Of a stretch of 35,538 bases of DNA, positions 8,877 through 18,326 are shown in pieces. Made by a program: the position numbers and the translations under genes. The stretch covers positions 1 through 35,538 of the forward strand of contig CAYJRR010000038.1 in assembly GCA_964372275.1 (NCBI GenBank). The letters are read 5' to 3'. Below the pieces are notes generated by a model, which was not told the origin of the DNA, made no database searches, and saw nothing but the letters and a program-made list of their open reading frames with translations. The first letter of the stretch is position 1; each line of letters starts with the position of its first letter. The DNA comes from an uncultured bacterium (GTDB lineage: Bacteria; CAYJRR01).

Positions 8877-10451
8877 ATGGGTGACTCCGCGGTCGTGCCG
8901 TCGCCCGTCCCCGCCGTCGAGGCGCGCGGGATCGTGAAGCGGTTCGGAGATCGGGTGGCGAACGACGGAATCGATCTGGCCGTCGGCCGCGGCGAGGTGT
9001 TCGCGATCGTTGGCGAGAACGGTGCGGGCAAGTCGACGCTGATGCACGTCCTCTACGGACTCCTCCGACCGGACGCGGGGGAGATCCGGATCGACGGCGA
9101 GCCGGTCGCGCTGCGCTCGCCCCGCGACGCGATCGCCGCCGGCTTGGGGATGGTGCACCAGCACTTCACCCTGGTCGGACCGCTCACCGTCGCCGAGAAC
9201 GTCGTGCTCGGGAACGAGCCGCGCGCCCGCGGCCGCTTCGACGTCCGTGCCGCCGAGGCGCGTGTGGCGCTCCTTGCGCAGGAGGTCGGCTTCGAGGTCG
9301 ATCCCGGTGCGCCGGTCTCGAGCCTGCCGGTCGGCGCGCAGCAGCGGGTCGAGATCCTCAAGGCCCTCTCCCGTGGCGCCCGCACCCTGATCCTCGACGA
9401 GCCGACCGCGGTGCTGACGCCGGGGGAGGTGGACGATCTGTTCCGCGCGCTGCGCCGCCTGGTGGACGGGGGCCGCACGCTGCTGTTCATCAGCCACAAG
9501 CTTCGCGAGGTGCTGTCGATCGCCGAGCGCGTGGCGGTGATGCGCGCCGGACGTCTCGTCGCCACGCACGCGACGCGCGACACCGACGCCCGGACGTTGT
9601 CGGCGGAGATGGTCGGACGGGAGCCGGCGCCGTCCGCGATCCAGTCGCCTCGCGAATCGACGTCGGCGGACGGATCGGCCCCTGCGGAGACGGCCACCGC
9701 CATCGCCCTCCGCCTCGACCACGTGCGCGTGCTCGACGACCGCGGGCTTTTCGCGCTCGACGACCTCTGCCTGTCCGTGCGCGAAGGGGAGATCGTGGGG
9801 ATCGCCGGCGTGGAGGGGAACGGCCAGGCCGAGCTGGTGGAGGTGGTGACCGGGCTCCGGCCGGCCGCCGCCGGCCGGGTGGAGAACCTTGGGAAGGACC
9901 GCACCGGCGCGAGCCCCGCCGCGATCGCGGACGCCGGCGTGGCCCACGTTCCGGGCGATCGCCTGCGGCGGGGGATCGTCGCCACCATGACCGTCGAGGA
10001 GAACCTGCTGCTCGGCCGGCACCGCGAGCCCCGATTCCGCGGACCGGTGGCCCTTCGCCGCGACGCGATCGCCAGCCACGCCCGGGAGACGATGGAGGCG
10101 TTCGACGTCCGCCCGCGCGATCCGACTCTGGCCGCGGGCCGCCTGTCCGGCGGGAACCAGCAGAAGCTGGTGCTCGGCCGGGAGCTGGGGCGTCGCCCCC
10201 GACTGCTGGTGGCGATGCACCCCACGCGCGGCGTCGATCTCGGCGCGGTCGAGCAGATCCACGCGCGCCTGGCCGCCGAGCGGGCGCGCGGCACGGCGGT
10301 GCTGCTCGTCTCGTCGGAGCTGAGCGAGCTGCTCACCCTGTCCGACCGGATCGCCGTGCTCTACCGCGGACGGATCGCGCACGAAACGGCCGCGGCCGCC
10401 GCCGACGAGCGGCGGCTCGGCGCCTACATGACTGGAGCGGGCGCGGCATGA
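8877..10451 (+). CDS. Nucleoside ABC transporter ATP-binding protein, tandem NBD (NupA/YufO-like)
   Basis: Walker A 'GENGAGKST', 'GMVHQHF', 'ILDEPTAVL', 'ISHKL', 'GIAGVEGNGQ', 'LSGGNQQK', 'PTRGVDLGA'. Confidence 0.93.
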   Translation: MGDSAVVPSPVPAVEARGIVKRFGDRVANDGIDLAVGRGEVFAIVGENGAGKSTLMHVLYGLLRPDAGEIRIDGEPVALRSPRDAIAAGLGMVHQHFTLVGPLTVAENVVLGNEPRARGRFDVRAAEARVALLAQEVGFEVDPGAPVSSLPVGAQQRVEILKALSRGARTLILDEPTAVLTPGEVDDLFRALRRLVDGGRTLLFISHKLREVLSIAERVAVMRAGRLVATHATRDTDARTLSAEMVGREPAPSAIQSPRESTSADGSAPAETATAIALRLDHVRVLDDRGLFALDDLCLSVREGEIVGIAGVEGNGQAELVEVVTGLRPAAAGRVENLGKDRTGASPAAIADAGVAHVPGDRLRRGIVATMTVEENLLLGRHREPRFRGPVALRRDAIASHARETMEAFDVRPRDPTLAAGRLSGGNQQKLVLGRELGRRPRLLVAMHPTRGVDLGAVEQIHARLAAERARGTAVLLVSSELSELLTLSDRIAVLYRGRIAHETAAAAADERRLGAYMTGAGAA

Positions 10452-11518
10452 GCCTCGGGCGGGCACGCTCGGCGGTCGTTCCGGCGGCGGGAGTGTTCGC
10501 GGCGCTTGTCGTCGGTGGCCTGTTGATCGCCGCCATCGGCAAGAACCCGTTCACCGTCTACGGCCTGCTGCTGCACGGGACGTTCGGGTCGTGGTACGGC
10601 ATCGGGCAGGTTCTCTCGAAGGCGACGCCGCTGCTGTTCACCGGCCTCGCGGTGGCGGTCGCCTTCCGCGGCGGCCTGTTCAACGTCGGCGCGGAAGGGC
10701 AGATGACGGTCGGAGGCTTGTTCTCCGCCCTCGCCGCGCTCGGCCTCGCCGGGTGGCCGGCGTGGGTGGTGCTGCCGGCCGCGCTCGCCGCCGCGGCCGC
10801 CGGCGGCGCCGCGTTGGGAGGCCTCGCCGGTTGGCTCAAGAGCCGGCGCGGGGTGCACGAGGTGATCGCCACGATCATGCTCAACTTCATCGCCTTCGCG
10901 GCGGCGAACGCCCTGCTCCTCCGGATCGCCGTCCCGGCGACGGTTCGCACCGAGCTCCTCCCGGAAGCCGCCTGGCTGCCTCGGCTGTCGACGATGCTGG
11001 CCCCGCTGCCGGTCGCCTCCGGCATCGCCGACGGACTTCGCGCGTCGCCCGTCAGCGCCGCGGCGCTGCTCGGGATCGGCGCCGCCGTCGCCGTCGGCGC
11101 GTGGCTCGCCGCGACGCCGCGCGGGTTCGAGACGCGCGCCGTCGGCGCCGGCGCGGCGGCGGCGGCGACGGCGGGGATCGACGTCGGCGCGACCGTCCGG
11201 CGGACGCTCGGCCTGTCGGGCGCGCTCGCGGGGCTGGCCAGCGCCGGCTTCGTGCTCGGAAACAAGCACTACTACGAGACCGGATTCGCCGCCGGCGCCG
11301 GCTTCATGGGGATCGCCGTGGCGCTCGTCGGCCGGAACCATCCGCTGGGAATCGTCCCGGCGGCGCTCCTGTTCGGCGCGTTGTCGCACGGCGGGCTGGT
11401 GGTGAACGCAGAGATCCCGTCGGAGATCGTGAGTGTGCTGCAGGCGCTGGTGATCCTGTTCGTCGTCTGCGGACTCGGACGGCCGTCCCTGCGGCGGCGC
11501 GGAGTGCTGCGGGCATGA
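10448..11518 (+). CDS. Nucleoside ABC transporter permease (NupB/YufP-like)
   Basis: 'FRGGLFNVGAEGQ', 'HEVIATIMLN', 'GFMGIAVALVGRNHP'. ATGA overlap with the ATPase gene. Confidence 0.92.
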   Translation: MSLGRARSAVVPAAGVFAALVVGGLLIAAIGKNPFTVYGLLLHGTFGSWYGIGQVLSKATPLLFTGLAVAVAFRGGLFNVGAEGQMTVGGLFSALAALGLAGWPAWVVLPAALAAAAAGGAALGGLAGWLKSRRGVHEVIATIMLNFIAFAAANALLLRIAVPATVRTELLPEAAWLPRLSTMLAPLPVASGIADGLRASPVSAAALLGIGAAVAVGAWLAATPRGFETRAVGAGAAAAATAGIDVGATVRRTLGLSGALAGLASAGFVLGNKHYYETGFAAGAGFMGIAVALVGRNHPLGIVPAALLFGALSHGGLVVNAEIPSEIVSVLQALVILFVVCGLGRPSLRRRGVLRA

Positions 11519-12516
11519 CGACCGCCGCACAGGCGGCCGACCTCGCGCTTGCAGGTGGGACGCTTCTCCTCCTTGCCCAGACGCTCCGGATCGCCGTCCC
11601 GTTGGCGCTCGCCGCCGCCGGTGGGGCCGTCTCCGAGCGGAGCGGCGTGGTGAACATCGCGCTCGAAGGGATGCTGCTCGCCGGGGCGTTCGGCTACACG
11701 CTGGGGGCCGACGCCGCCGCCCGCGCGCTGGGGATCGAGGGCGTCGAGACGTCGCTCCCGACGCACCTCGCGATCGCGGGGGCCGGCGTGCTCGCCGCCG
11801 TCGTCGCCGGCCTGCTCCTGGCCGCCGTGCACGCGGTCGCGGTGCTCGTCTTCCGCGCCGATCACGTCGTCTCGGGCGTGGCGTTGAACCTGCTCGCCGC
11901 CGGCACCACCAAGTTCCTGCTGAAGGTGGTCTTCGGCTCGTCTTCGAATTCGAGCTGGGTCTTCGGTCTCCCCGACCTCGGTCCCCTGGCGCGGGTGCCG
12001 GTCGTGGGACGCGCGCTGGGGAGTCCGATGGTGTGGCTGACCGCCGCCGTGGTGATCGGCGCGCAGCTCCTCCTCTTCCGTACCGTCTGGGGCCTGCGGG
12101 CTCGCGCCGCCGGCGAGCATCCCGCCGCCGCTGAGGCCGCCGGCCTCTCGGTTCCCCGGCTGCGTGCCGGTGCGGTGCTGCTTTCGGGACTGTTCGCCGC
12201 GCTCGGCGGCGCCTGGCTCGCCGCCGACCAGCACCAGTTCACCGAAGGGATGAGCGCCGGCCGCGGTTACATCGCGCTCGCCGCCGTGATCTTCGGCCGC
12301 TGGCACCCGTCCCGCGCCGCCGCCGCCTGCCTGCTGTTCGCGGCGAGCGAAGCCGTGCAGATCCGCCTGCAAGGAACGGCGCTGGCGATCCCGGGGCCGC
12401 TGTTGCAGACGCTGCCGTACGTGCTGGCGATCCTGATCCTGGCCGGAGGGGCGGGAAAGGCGGCGGTTCCGCCGGGGGGATTGGGGAAACCGTACCCGGC
12501 GGAGCCGTCGCGATAG
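11515..12516 (+). CDS. Nucleoside ABC transporter permease (NupC/YufQ-like)
   Basis: 'SERSGVVNIALEGMLL', 'AAGEHP', 'AGRGYIALAAVIFGRWHP', 'LPYV', 'LGKPY'. Start at ATG 11515 (ATGA overlap). Confidence 0.92.
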   Translation: MTTAAQAADLALAGGTLLLLAQTLRIAVPLALAAAGGAVSERSGVVNIALEGMLLAGAFGYTLGADAAARALGIEGVETSLPTHLAIAGAGVLAAVVAGLLLAAVHAVAVLVFRADHVVSGVALNLLAAGTTKFLLKVVFGSSSNSSWVFGLPDLGPLARVPVVGRALGSPMVWLTAAVVIGAQLLLFRTVWGLRARAAGEHPAAAEAAGLSVPRLRAGAVLLSGLFAALGGAWLAADQHQFTEGMSAGRGYIALAAVIFGRWHPSRAAAACLLFAASEAVQIRLQGTALAIPGPLLQTLPYVLAILILAGGAGKAAVPPGGLGKPYPAEPSR

Positions 12517-12595
12517 CGGAGCCTCTGGCCAACACGGTCGCCGCGATGCCGACGGCCAAACCCGCACCCGACCTGTGCTAGCGTCGCTCCCCGCC

Positions 12596-13156
12596 ATGAG
12601 AGCCCAACTCGTCCACACCATCGGCCTCGCCCTCGCCGTGGCCCTCGCCGCCTGCTCCTCCCCCTCGACGCCCCCCGCCGAGGCGACGCCGAAGCCGACC
12701 TCGACGCCGAACCGGAGCCGCCCGATCAAGATGGAGCTGAACGCGCGCCTGGAAAAGGCGGAGAAGGTGTTTCACGCCGGCTGCCGCGACGACGAGAAGG
12801 CGGCGTGCAAGGACTCCACGCGCGTATGCGTCGCCGATCCGGCCAAAGCGATGGCCAAGGCGATCGCGAAGGGCCCGATCGTCGTCGAGTGGGAGGCGCC
12901 GCGCGAGACGTGGGCCAAGAACGAAGGGGTGTTGAGCCACTACTGGTTCGTCGGCACCGACGGCTCCGGCGACTACTACTACCTGCTCCCCTCCCCCGAC
13001 GACGTCCAGACCGACTGCGGCGGGAAGTACTGCGGCTGGCACAAGGAGGAGATCGGCGCCGCCGTCCTCTACACCGACGGCCGCTTCCACCTCACCCCCA
13101 ACGGCGGCACCGAGATCGCCGATCTGAGCTTCTGCCCGCCTCCGCCTCCGCAGTAG
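12596..13156 (+). CDS. Putative Cys-rich lipoprotein, function unknown
   Basis: Lipobox 'LAAC', Pro/Thr linker, six further Cys, coding-like GC3. Upstream TG-C-TAGCGT -10 element. Confidence 0.7.
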   Translation: MRAQLVHTIGLALAVALAACSSPSTPPAEATPKPTSTPNRSRPIKMELNARLEKAEKVFHAGCRDDEKAACKDSTRVCVADPAKAMAKAIAKGPIVVEWEAPRETWAKNEGVLSHYWFVGTDGSGDYYYLLPSPDDVQTDCGGKYCGWHKEEIGAAVLYTDGRFHLTPNGGTEIADLSFCPPPPPQ

Positions 13157-13181
13157 CGGCCGGGCGGCCGGGGCCGCGCCC

Positions 13182-14366
13182 CTACTCTCGCGGCCGCACG
13201 TTCCGCAGGAAGCTCGTCCCGTTCGCCAACGGCCGTACGCCGAACACCTCCGCCACCGTCGCGCCGAGATCGGCGAACGTGGCGCGCGTGCCGAGGTCGA
13301 CCCCTTCGGCGCGCGCCGGGGCGTAGGCCAGCAGCGGCACGTATTCGCGGGTGTGGTCGGTGGAGACGTCGGTCGGATCGCATCCGTGGTCGGCGGTGAT
13401 CAGCAGCAGGTCCCGCTCGTCGAGCTTCTCCAGGATCGTCCCCAGCCGCGCGTCGAACGCTTCCAGCCCCACCGCGTAGCCCTTGGCGTCGTTGCGGTGG
13501 CCCCACAACATGTCGAAGTCGACGAAGTTGGAGAAGACGACCCCCTTCCTCTGGCTGCCCAACAGGTCGAGCGTGGCGTCGGCGATCGACATGTTGTCCT
13601 TGGCGTGCACCGAATCGGTGATCCCCTTCCCGTCGTAGATATCGCGGATCTTGCCGACGCCGATCACCGGCACCTTCGCCGCCGCGAGGCGGTCGAGGAC
13701 CGTCTCCGACGGCGGCGGAAGCGAGAAGTCGCGGCGGTTCTTGGTGCGGATGTAGGCGCCGCTTTTCCCGGTGAACGGACGGGCGATGACCCGCGCGGTG
13801 CCGTGCGGGTCGAGGATCCGCCGTGCCGTCTGCGACAGCTCGTAGAGGCGCGGCAGCGGGATCACCTCCTCGTGGGCGGCGATCTGGAAGACGCTGTCGG
13901 CGCTGGTGTAGACGATCGGCTTGCCCGTCCGAACGTGTTCGTCCCCGAGCTCTTGGATGATCTCCGTCCCGGAGGCCGGCCGGTTGCCCAGAACCTCCAG
14001 CCCCGTCTGCCGCCGGAACTCGTCGAGGATCTCCTTCGGGAACCCCGAAGGATAGAGCGGGAGGGGCTTGGCGAGGATCACGCCGGCCATCTCCCAGTGC
14101 CCGGTGGTGGTGTCCTTCCCCGGAGAGGCCTCGGCCATCTTGCCGTAGCTCGCCCGCGGATGGTCGGCCGGGTCGACGCCGAGCACCGGACCGATCCGCG
14201 ACAGTCCCAGCCGGGCCAGATTCGGCAGCGCCAGGCCGCCGGCGACGCGCGCGGTGTTGCCGATCGTGTTCGCCCCCTGGTCGCCGTAGGCCTTGGCGTC
14301 CGGCATCTCGCCGATGCCGGCCGAGTCCAGGACGAGGATCGTCACGCGGGAGATCAGGTGCCGCAT
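13182..14366 (-). CDS. deoB: Phosphopentomutase
   Basis: 'LVLDSAGIG', 'GKDTTTGHWE', 'YTSADSVFQIAAHE', 'RVIARPF', 'NFVDFD..WGHRND', 'TADHGCDP', 'TDHTRE'. Confidence 0.96.
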   Translation of the reverse strand: MRHLISRVTILVLDSAGIGEMPDAKAYGDQGANTIGNTARVAGGLALPNLARLGLSRIGPVLGVDPADHPRASYGKMAEASPGKDTTTGHWEMAGVILAKPLPLYPSGFPKEILDEFRRQTGLEVLGNRPASGTEIIQELGDEHVRTGKPIVYTSADSVFQIAAHEEVIPLPRLYELSQTARRILDPHGTARVIARPFTGKSGAYIRTKNRRDFSLPPPSETVLDRLAAAKVPVIGVGKIRDIYDGKGITDSVHAKDNMSIADATLDLLGSQRKGVVFSNFVDFDMLWGHRNDAKGYAVGLEAFDARLGTILEKLDERDLLLITADHGCDPTDVSTDHTREYVPLLAYAPARAEGVDLGTRATFADLGATVAEVFGVRPLANGTSFLRNVRPRE

Positions 14367-14393
14367 TGGATGAGCGTGCTATAGGATCGCGCG

Positions 14394-15461
14394 GTGATCC
14401 AGGCGATTCGATGGGAGGGAGACGCGCTGGCGCTCCTCGACCAGCGGCGGCTTCCGCGGGAGGAGGTCTGGATCCGCTGCGAAACGGTCGAGGCCGTGGC
14501 GCAGGCGATCCGCGACATGGTGGTGCGCGGGGCGCCGGCGATCGGCGTCACCGCCGCGTTCGGGATCGCGCTCGGCGCGCGCGCCTTCGCCGGCGACGCG
14601 ACGGACGGCGCGCAGGGGACGGGCGCGACCGACCGCCTGGCGCTCGATCGCCGGCTCGAGGCGCTCCACGCCCTCCTCGCCGCCACGCGGCCGACCGCGG
14701 TGAACCTCTTCTGGGCGCTGGAGCGCATGCGGCGCGCCGCCGCCCTCCCGCCGTCCGCCGGCGCCGGGCAGGTCGTCGCCGCGCTGGAGGCGGCCGCGCG
14801 CGCCCTGTTCGACGAAGACGTCGCCGTCTGCCGCGCGATCGGCCGACACGGGCTGGAGGTCGTCCCCCAGGACGCCGGGATCCTCACCCACTGCAACACC
14901 GGCTCGCTCGCGACCGCCGGCTACGGCACGGCGCTCGGCGTGGTGCGGGCCGCGCGCGAGGCGGGAAGGTCGGTCCACGTCTACGCCGACGAGACGCGGC
15001 CGTTCCTGCAAGGGGCGCGGCTCACCGCCTGGGAGTGCGTGAAGGAGGGGATCCCGGTGACCCTCCTGTGCGACGGGGCCGCGCCGTCGCTGATGCGCCG
15101 CGGGAAGATCGCGCTCGCCGTCGTCGGGGCCGATCGCATCGCGGCGAACGGCGACACGGCGAACAAGATCGGCACCTACGGCGTGGCGATCGCCGCCCGG
15201 GCGCACGGGATCCCGTTCTACGTCGCCGCCCCGACGTCCACCGTCGACCTCGCCACGAAGGACGGCGAGGCGATCCCGATCGAGCAGCGCGATCCGAGGG
15301 AGGTGACGCACGTGGCGGGACAGCCGATCGCGCCCGACGGGGTGGGGGTCGAAAACCCGTCTTTCGACGTCACCCCGGCCGACCTGATCGCGGGGATCGT
15401 CACCGAGCGCGGGATCGCCCGCCCGCCGTTCCCCGCCTCTCTCGCCCGCCTACTCGCCTAG
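14394..15461 (+). CDS. mtnA: S-methyl-5-thioribose-1-phosphate isomerase
   Basis: 'LDQRRLP', 'MVVRGAPAIG', 'TRPTAVNL', 'THCNTGSLAT', 'DETRPFLQGARLT', 'GADRIAANGDTANKIGTY'. Confidence 0.95.
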   Translation: MIQAIRWEGDALALLDQRRLPREEVWIRCETVEAVAQAIRDMVVRGAPAIGVTAAFGIALGARAFAGDATDGAQGTGATDRLALDRRLEALHALLAATRPTAVNLFWALERMRRAAALPPSAGAGQVVAALEAAARALFDEDVAVCRAIGRHGLEVVPQDAGILTHCNTGSLATAGYGTALGVVRAAREAGRSVHVYADETRPFLQGARLTAWECVKEGIPVTLLCDGAAPSLMRRGKIALAVVGADRIAANGDTANKIGTYGVAIAARAHGIPFYVAAPTSTVDLATKDGEAIPIEQRDPREVTHVAGQPIAPDGVGVENPSFDVTPADLIAGIVTERGIARPPFPASLARLLA

Positions 15462-15476
15462 AGGGACTTTCGGACG

Positions 15477-18293
15477 GTGGTCGACGCCGGCGCGCTCCCG
15501 TACCCCGATTCGGCGCGGAGCGCGCTGGAACGGGCGCGCGAGCGATCCGCCGGAGACCTCGGCGAGGCGGCCGCCACGGCGATCGCGCGCGTGGCCGGAA
15601 CGTCGCCGATCCTCGGCCGATTCCTCGCGTCCCATCCCGACGATGCCGCCGCCATCGCGGGCGACGCGCGGAGGCGTGCCGCTCGCCTCCTCCTCGCCGC
15701 GGCGCGTGAGGAACGGGGCCGCCATCCCGGCGGACCGGCGGGGCTCGCGGCGGCGCTGCGCCGGTTTCGACACCGCGAGACGGCCCGGATCGCGCTGCGC
15801 GACCTGGAAGGCGCCCCGGTCGGCTCGATCGCCGCCGAGCTCGCCGACGTCGCGCAGGCATGCCTCGACCTGGCCGTCGACGACGCCCGCTCGGAGAACG
15901 CCGTGCCCGGCCGGTTCGCCGTCCTCGGGATGGGAAAGCTCGGCGGGCGCGAGCTCAACTATTCGAGCGACGTCGACCTGATCTACGCCGGGGAGGAGGC
16001 GGACTCCCCGGAGCGGTTCCGGAACGCCGCCGACCGGATCACCCGCGCCCTCGCCGAACCGACCGACGACGGGATCGCCTTCCGCGTCGATCTCGACCTG
16101 CGACCCGAAGGGCGGGCCGGTCCGCTGGTGAGCTCGGCGCGCGGGTTGGAGCTGTACTACGAATCCTACGGCGCGACGTGGGAACGCGCGGCCTGGCTGA
16201 AGGCGCGGCCGATCGCCGGCGACCTGGCACTGGGATCCCGGATCGTTCGCGCGCTCGAGCCGTTCGTCTTCCGGCGGTGGCTCGATTTCGCCACGATCGA
16301 GGCGATCCGGGAGATGAAGGAGCGGATCGATCGGTCGCGCGGAGCCAAGGCCGCCTGGACGCTCCTCACCGGCCGGGCGGAACCGGGCTGGAACGTGAAG
16401 CTCGGGACCGGAGGCATCCGGGAGATCGAGTTCTTCGTGCAGACCCTCCAGCTGGTCAACGCCGGAAAGCATCCGGAGGTGCGCGCGGGCTCGACGCTGG
16501 AGGCGCTGCGGCGCCTCGCCACCGCGGAACTGGTCCGGCCGGGAGACCGGACGCGCCTGGCGGCGGCGTACGAATTCCTTCGTCGATTGGAGCACCGCCT
16601 GCAGCTGCGGGAGCTGGCGCAGACTCACGTCCTGCCGGAGGAGGCCGGGGAGCTCGCCGCCCTCGCGGTGGCGATGGGCTACCCGCGCGACCCGGAACCG
16701 CTCCTGCGCGACCTCGCCTGGCACCGCGCCGTGGTGGCCGAAGCGTTCGACGGCCTGTTCCGCGAGAAGGCTCGCCGCGCCGAGGAATCGATCGGACCGG
16801 AGGCCGCCCTCCTCCACGACCCCGACCTGGACGAGGAGCGCGGCCGACGCCTGGCGGCGTCCGCCGGACTGTTCGCCGATCCGGGGGCCGCGGCCGACGC
16901 CTTCGCGCGCATCCGCCGCGGGCCGACCAGGACGCGCCGGCGCGAGCAGGCGATCCGCTACCTCCGGCGCATCGCCAGCGCGTTGTTCGTCGAGCTCCGC
17001 GTCTCGCCCGACGCCGACGCGGCCGTCCGCAACCTCGACCGCTTCCTGGGAAAGATCGGCGGGCGGACGACCCTCCTGGCGTTGCTCGCGGAGCACCCCG
17101 CCACGGTCACCCTGCTGGTGCGGCTGTTCGGCGCCTCCGACCACCTGGCCGACGCCTTCATCGCGCGACCGGAGCTGATCGACGCGCTGCTCGGCTCCGG
17201 GACCGACCACCCGCGCGCCCGCCGGGCCGAATTGCGCCTCCGCAGCCGGGAGGTCGTCGGCGCCGGAGCGGACACCGAGGCGCGGCTGGAGGCGATCCGC
17301 CGCTTCCGCACCACCGAGCTGTTGCGGATCGCGATCGCCGATCTCTGGGGAGGTCTCGACGTGCGGGCCGTCCTCCGCCAGCTCTCCGACCTCGCCGACG
17401 CCACCGTCGAACGATGCTGGGAGGCCGTCGGCGGACCGCAGGCGGGGCTGGTTGCGCTCGCGCTCGGCCGGTTGGGCTCGCGCGAGATGGCGTACGGGTC
17501 GGACGTCGACCTGGTCTTCGTCGAGGAGGACGAGACGGAGCAGGAGCGGAACGTGCGTGTGGCCCAGCGGTTCCTCTCCGCCCTCTCGGCGCCGATGCGC
17601 GAAGGGATCGCCTATCGCGTCGACACGCGGTTACGCCCCTCGGGATCGTCGGGACCGTTGGTCGTCTCGCGAGCCGCGCTCGTCCGCTACCACCGCGAGC
17701 ACGCGCGGACCTGGGAACGCCAGGCGTTCGTCCGCGCCCGCGCCGTGGCCGGCTGCCGCCGGACCTGGCGGCGCGCGCGTGCCGAGCTCGGCCCCTGGAT
17801 CTACCGGACGGGCGTCTCGCGCGCCGAGGTGGCATCGGAGGTCGCCGCGATGCGAGGGCGCGTGGAGCGGGAGCTCGGGGCGGAAGGTCCCGACGGCCGG
17901 AACGTGAAGACCGGCCGCGGGGGGCTCGCCGACGTCGAGTTCGCCGCGCAGCTCTTGGCGCTGACCGACGGCGCGCGGAACCCGTTTCTCCGCACCCCGG
18001 GCTCGCTCGCCATCCTCCGTCGCGCCGCGCGCGAGGGCCTCCTCGCGGAAGACGTCCACCGGTCGCTGCGCGACGGGTACCTCTTCCTGGCCCACCTCGA
18101 GAACCGGCTGCGCATCGTCACCGGGCGCCCGGAGGACGACGTGCGCGACGACGACGACGCGTGGCGAGCGCTCGACCGCCGCGCCCGCCCCACGACCGCC
18201 GACCGCCCCGGCCGCGCGCTGCGCGCGGAGTACGACGAGACGACGGCCAGGGTCCGCGCCGCCTTTCGCCGGGTCATCGGGGAAGGCGAGTAG
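15477..18293 (+). CDS. glnE: Bifunctional glutamine synthetase adenylyltransferase / adenylyl-removing enzyme
   Basis: Two nucleotidyltransferase domains: 'GMGKLGGRELNYSSDVDL...RVDLDLRPEG...WERAAWLKAR...VKLGTGGIREIEF' and 'GRLGSREMAYGSDVDL...VDTRLRPSG...WERQA...VKTGRGGLADVEF'. Confidence 0.93.
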   Translation: MVDAGALPYPDSARSALERARERSAGDLGEAAATAIARVAGTSPILGRFLASHPDDAAAIAGDARRRAARLLLAAAREERGRHPGGPAGLAAALRRFRHRETARIALRDLEGAPVGSIAAELADVAQACLDLAVDDARSENAVPGRFAVLGMGKLGGRELNYSSDVDLIYAGEEADSPERFRNAADRITRALAEPTDDGIAFRVDLDLRPEGRAGPLVSSARGLELYYESYGATWERAAWLKARPIAGDLALGSRIVRALEPFVFRRWLDFATIEAIREMKERIDRSRGAKAAWTLLTGRAEPGWNVKLGTGGIREIEFFVQTLQLVNAGKHPEVRAGSTLEALRRLATAELVRPGDRTRLAAAYEFLRRLEHRLQLRELAQTHVLPEEAGELAALAVAMGYPRDPEPLLRDLAWHRAVVAEAFDGLFREKARRAEESIGPEAALLHDPDLDEERGRRLAASAGLFADPGAAADAFARIRRGPTRTRRREQAIRYLRRIASALFVELRVSPDADAAVRNLDRFLGKIGGRTTLLALLAEHPATVTLLVRLFGASDHLADAFIARPELIDALLGSGTDHPRARRAELRLRSREVVGAGADTEARLEAIRRFRTTELLRIAIADLWGGLDVRAVLRQLSDLADATVERCWEAVGGPQAGLVALALGRLGSREMAYGSDVDLVFVEEDETEQERNVRVAQRFLSALSAPMREGIAYRVDTRLRPSGSSGPLVVSRAALVRYHREHARTWERQAFVRARAVAGCRRTWRRARAELGPWIYRTGVSRAEVASEVAAMRGRVERELGAEGPDGRNVKTGRGGLADVEFAAQLLALTDGARNPFLRTPGSLAILRRAAREGLLAEDVHRSLRDGYLFLAHLENRLRIVTGRPEDDVRDDDDAWRALDRRARPTTADRPGRALRAEYDETTARVRAAFRRVIGEGE

Positions 18294-18326
18294 AGGCGCA
18301 CCTTCGGATAGACTCGTCTCCAGGCC

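Noticed and set aside
7755..10466. 903-aa antisense ORF over the ABC importer
   Set aside because: Shadow of the BMP and ATPase genes, with no independent signal.
14372..14383. CIRCE-like half-site (TAGCACGCTC on the minus strand)
   Set aside because: Imperfect, has no partner half-site at 9-nt spacing, and is not upstream of a chaperone gene.
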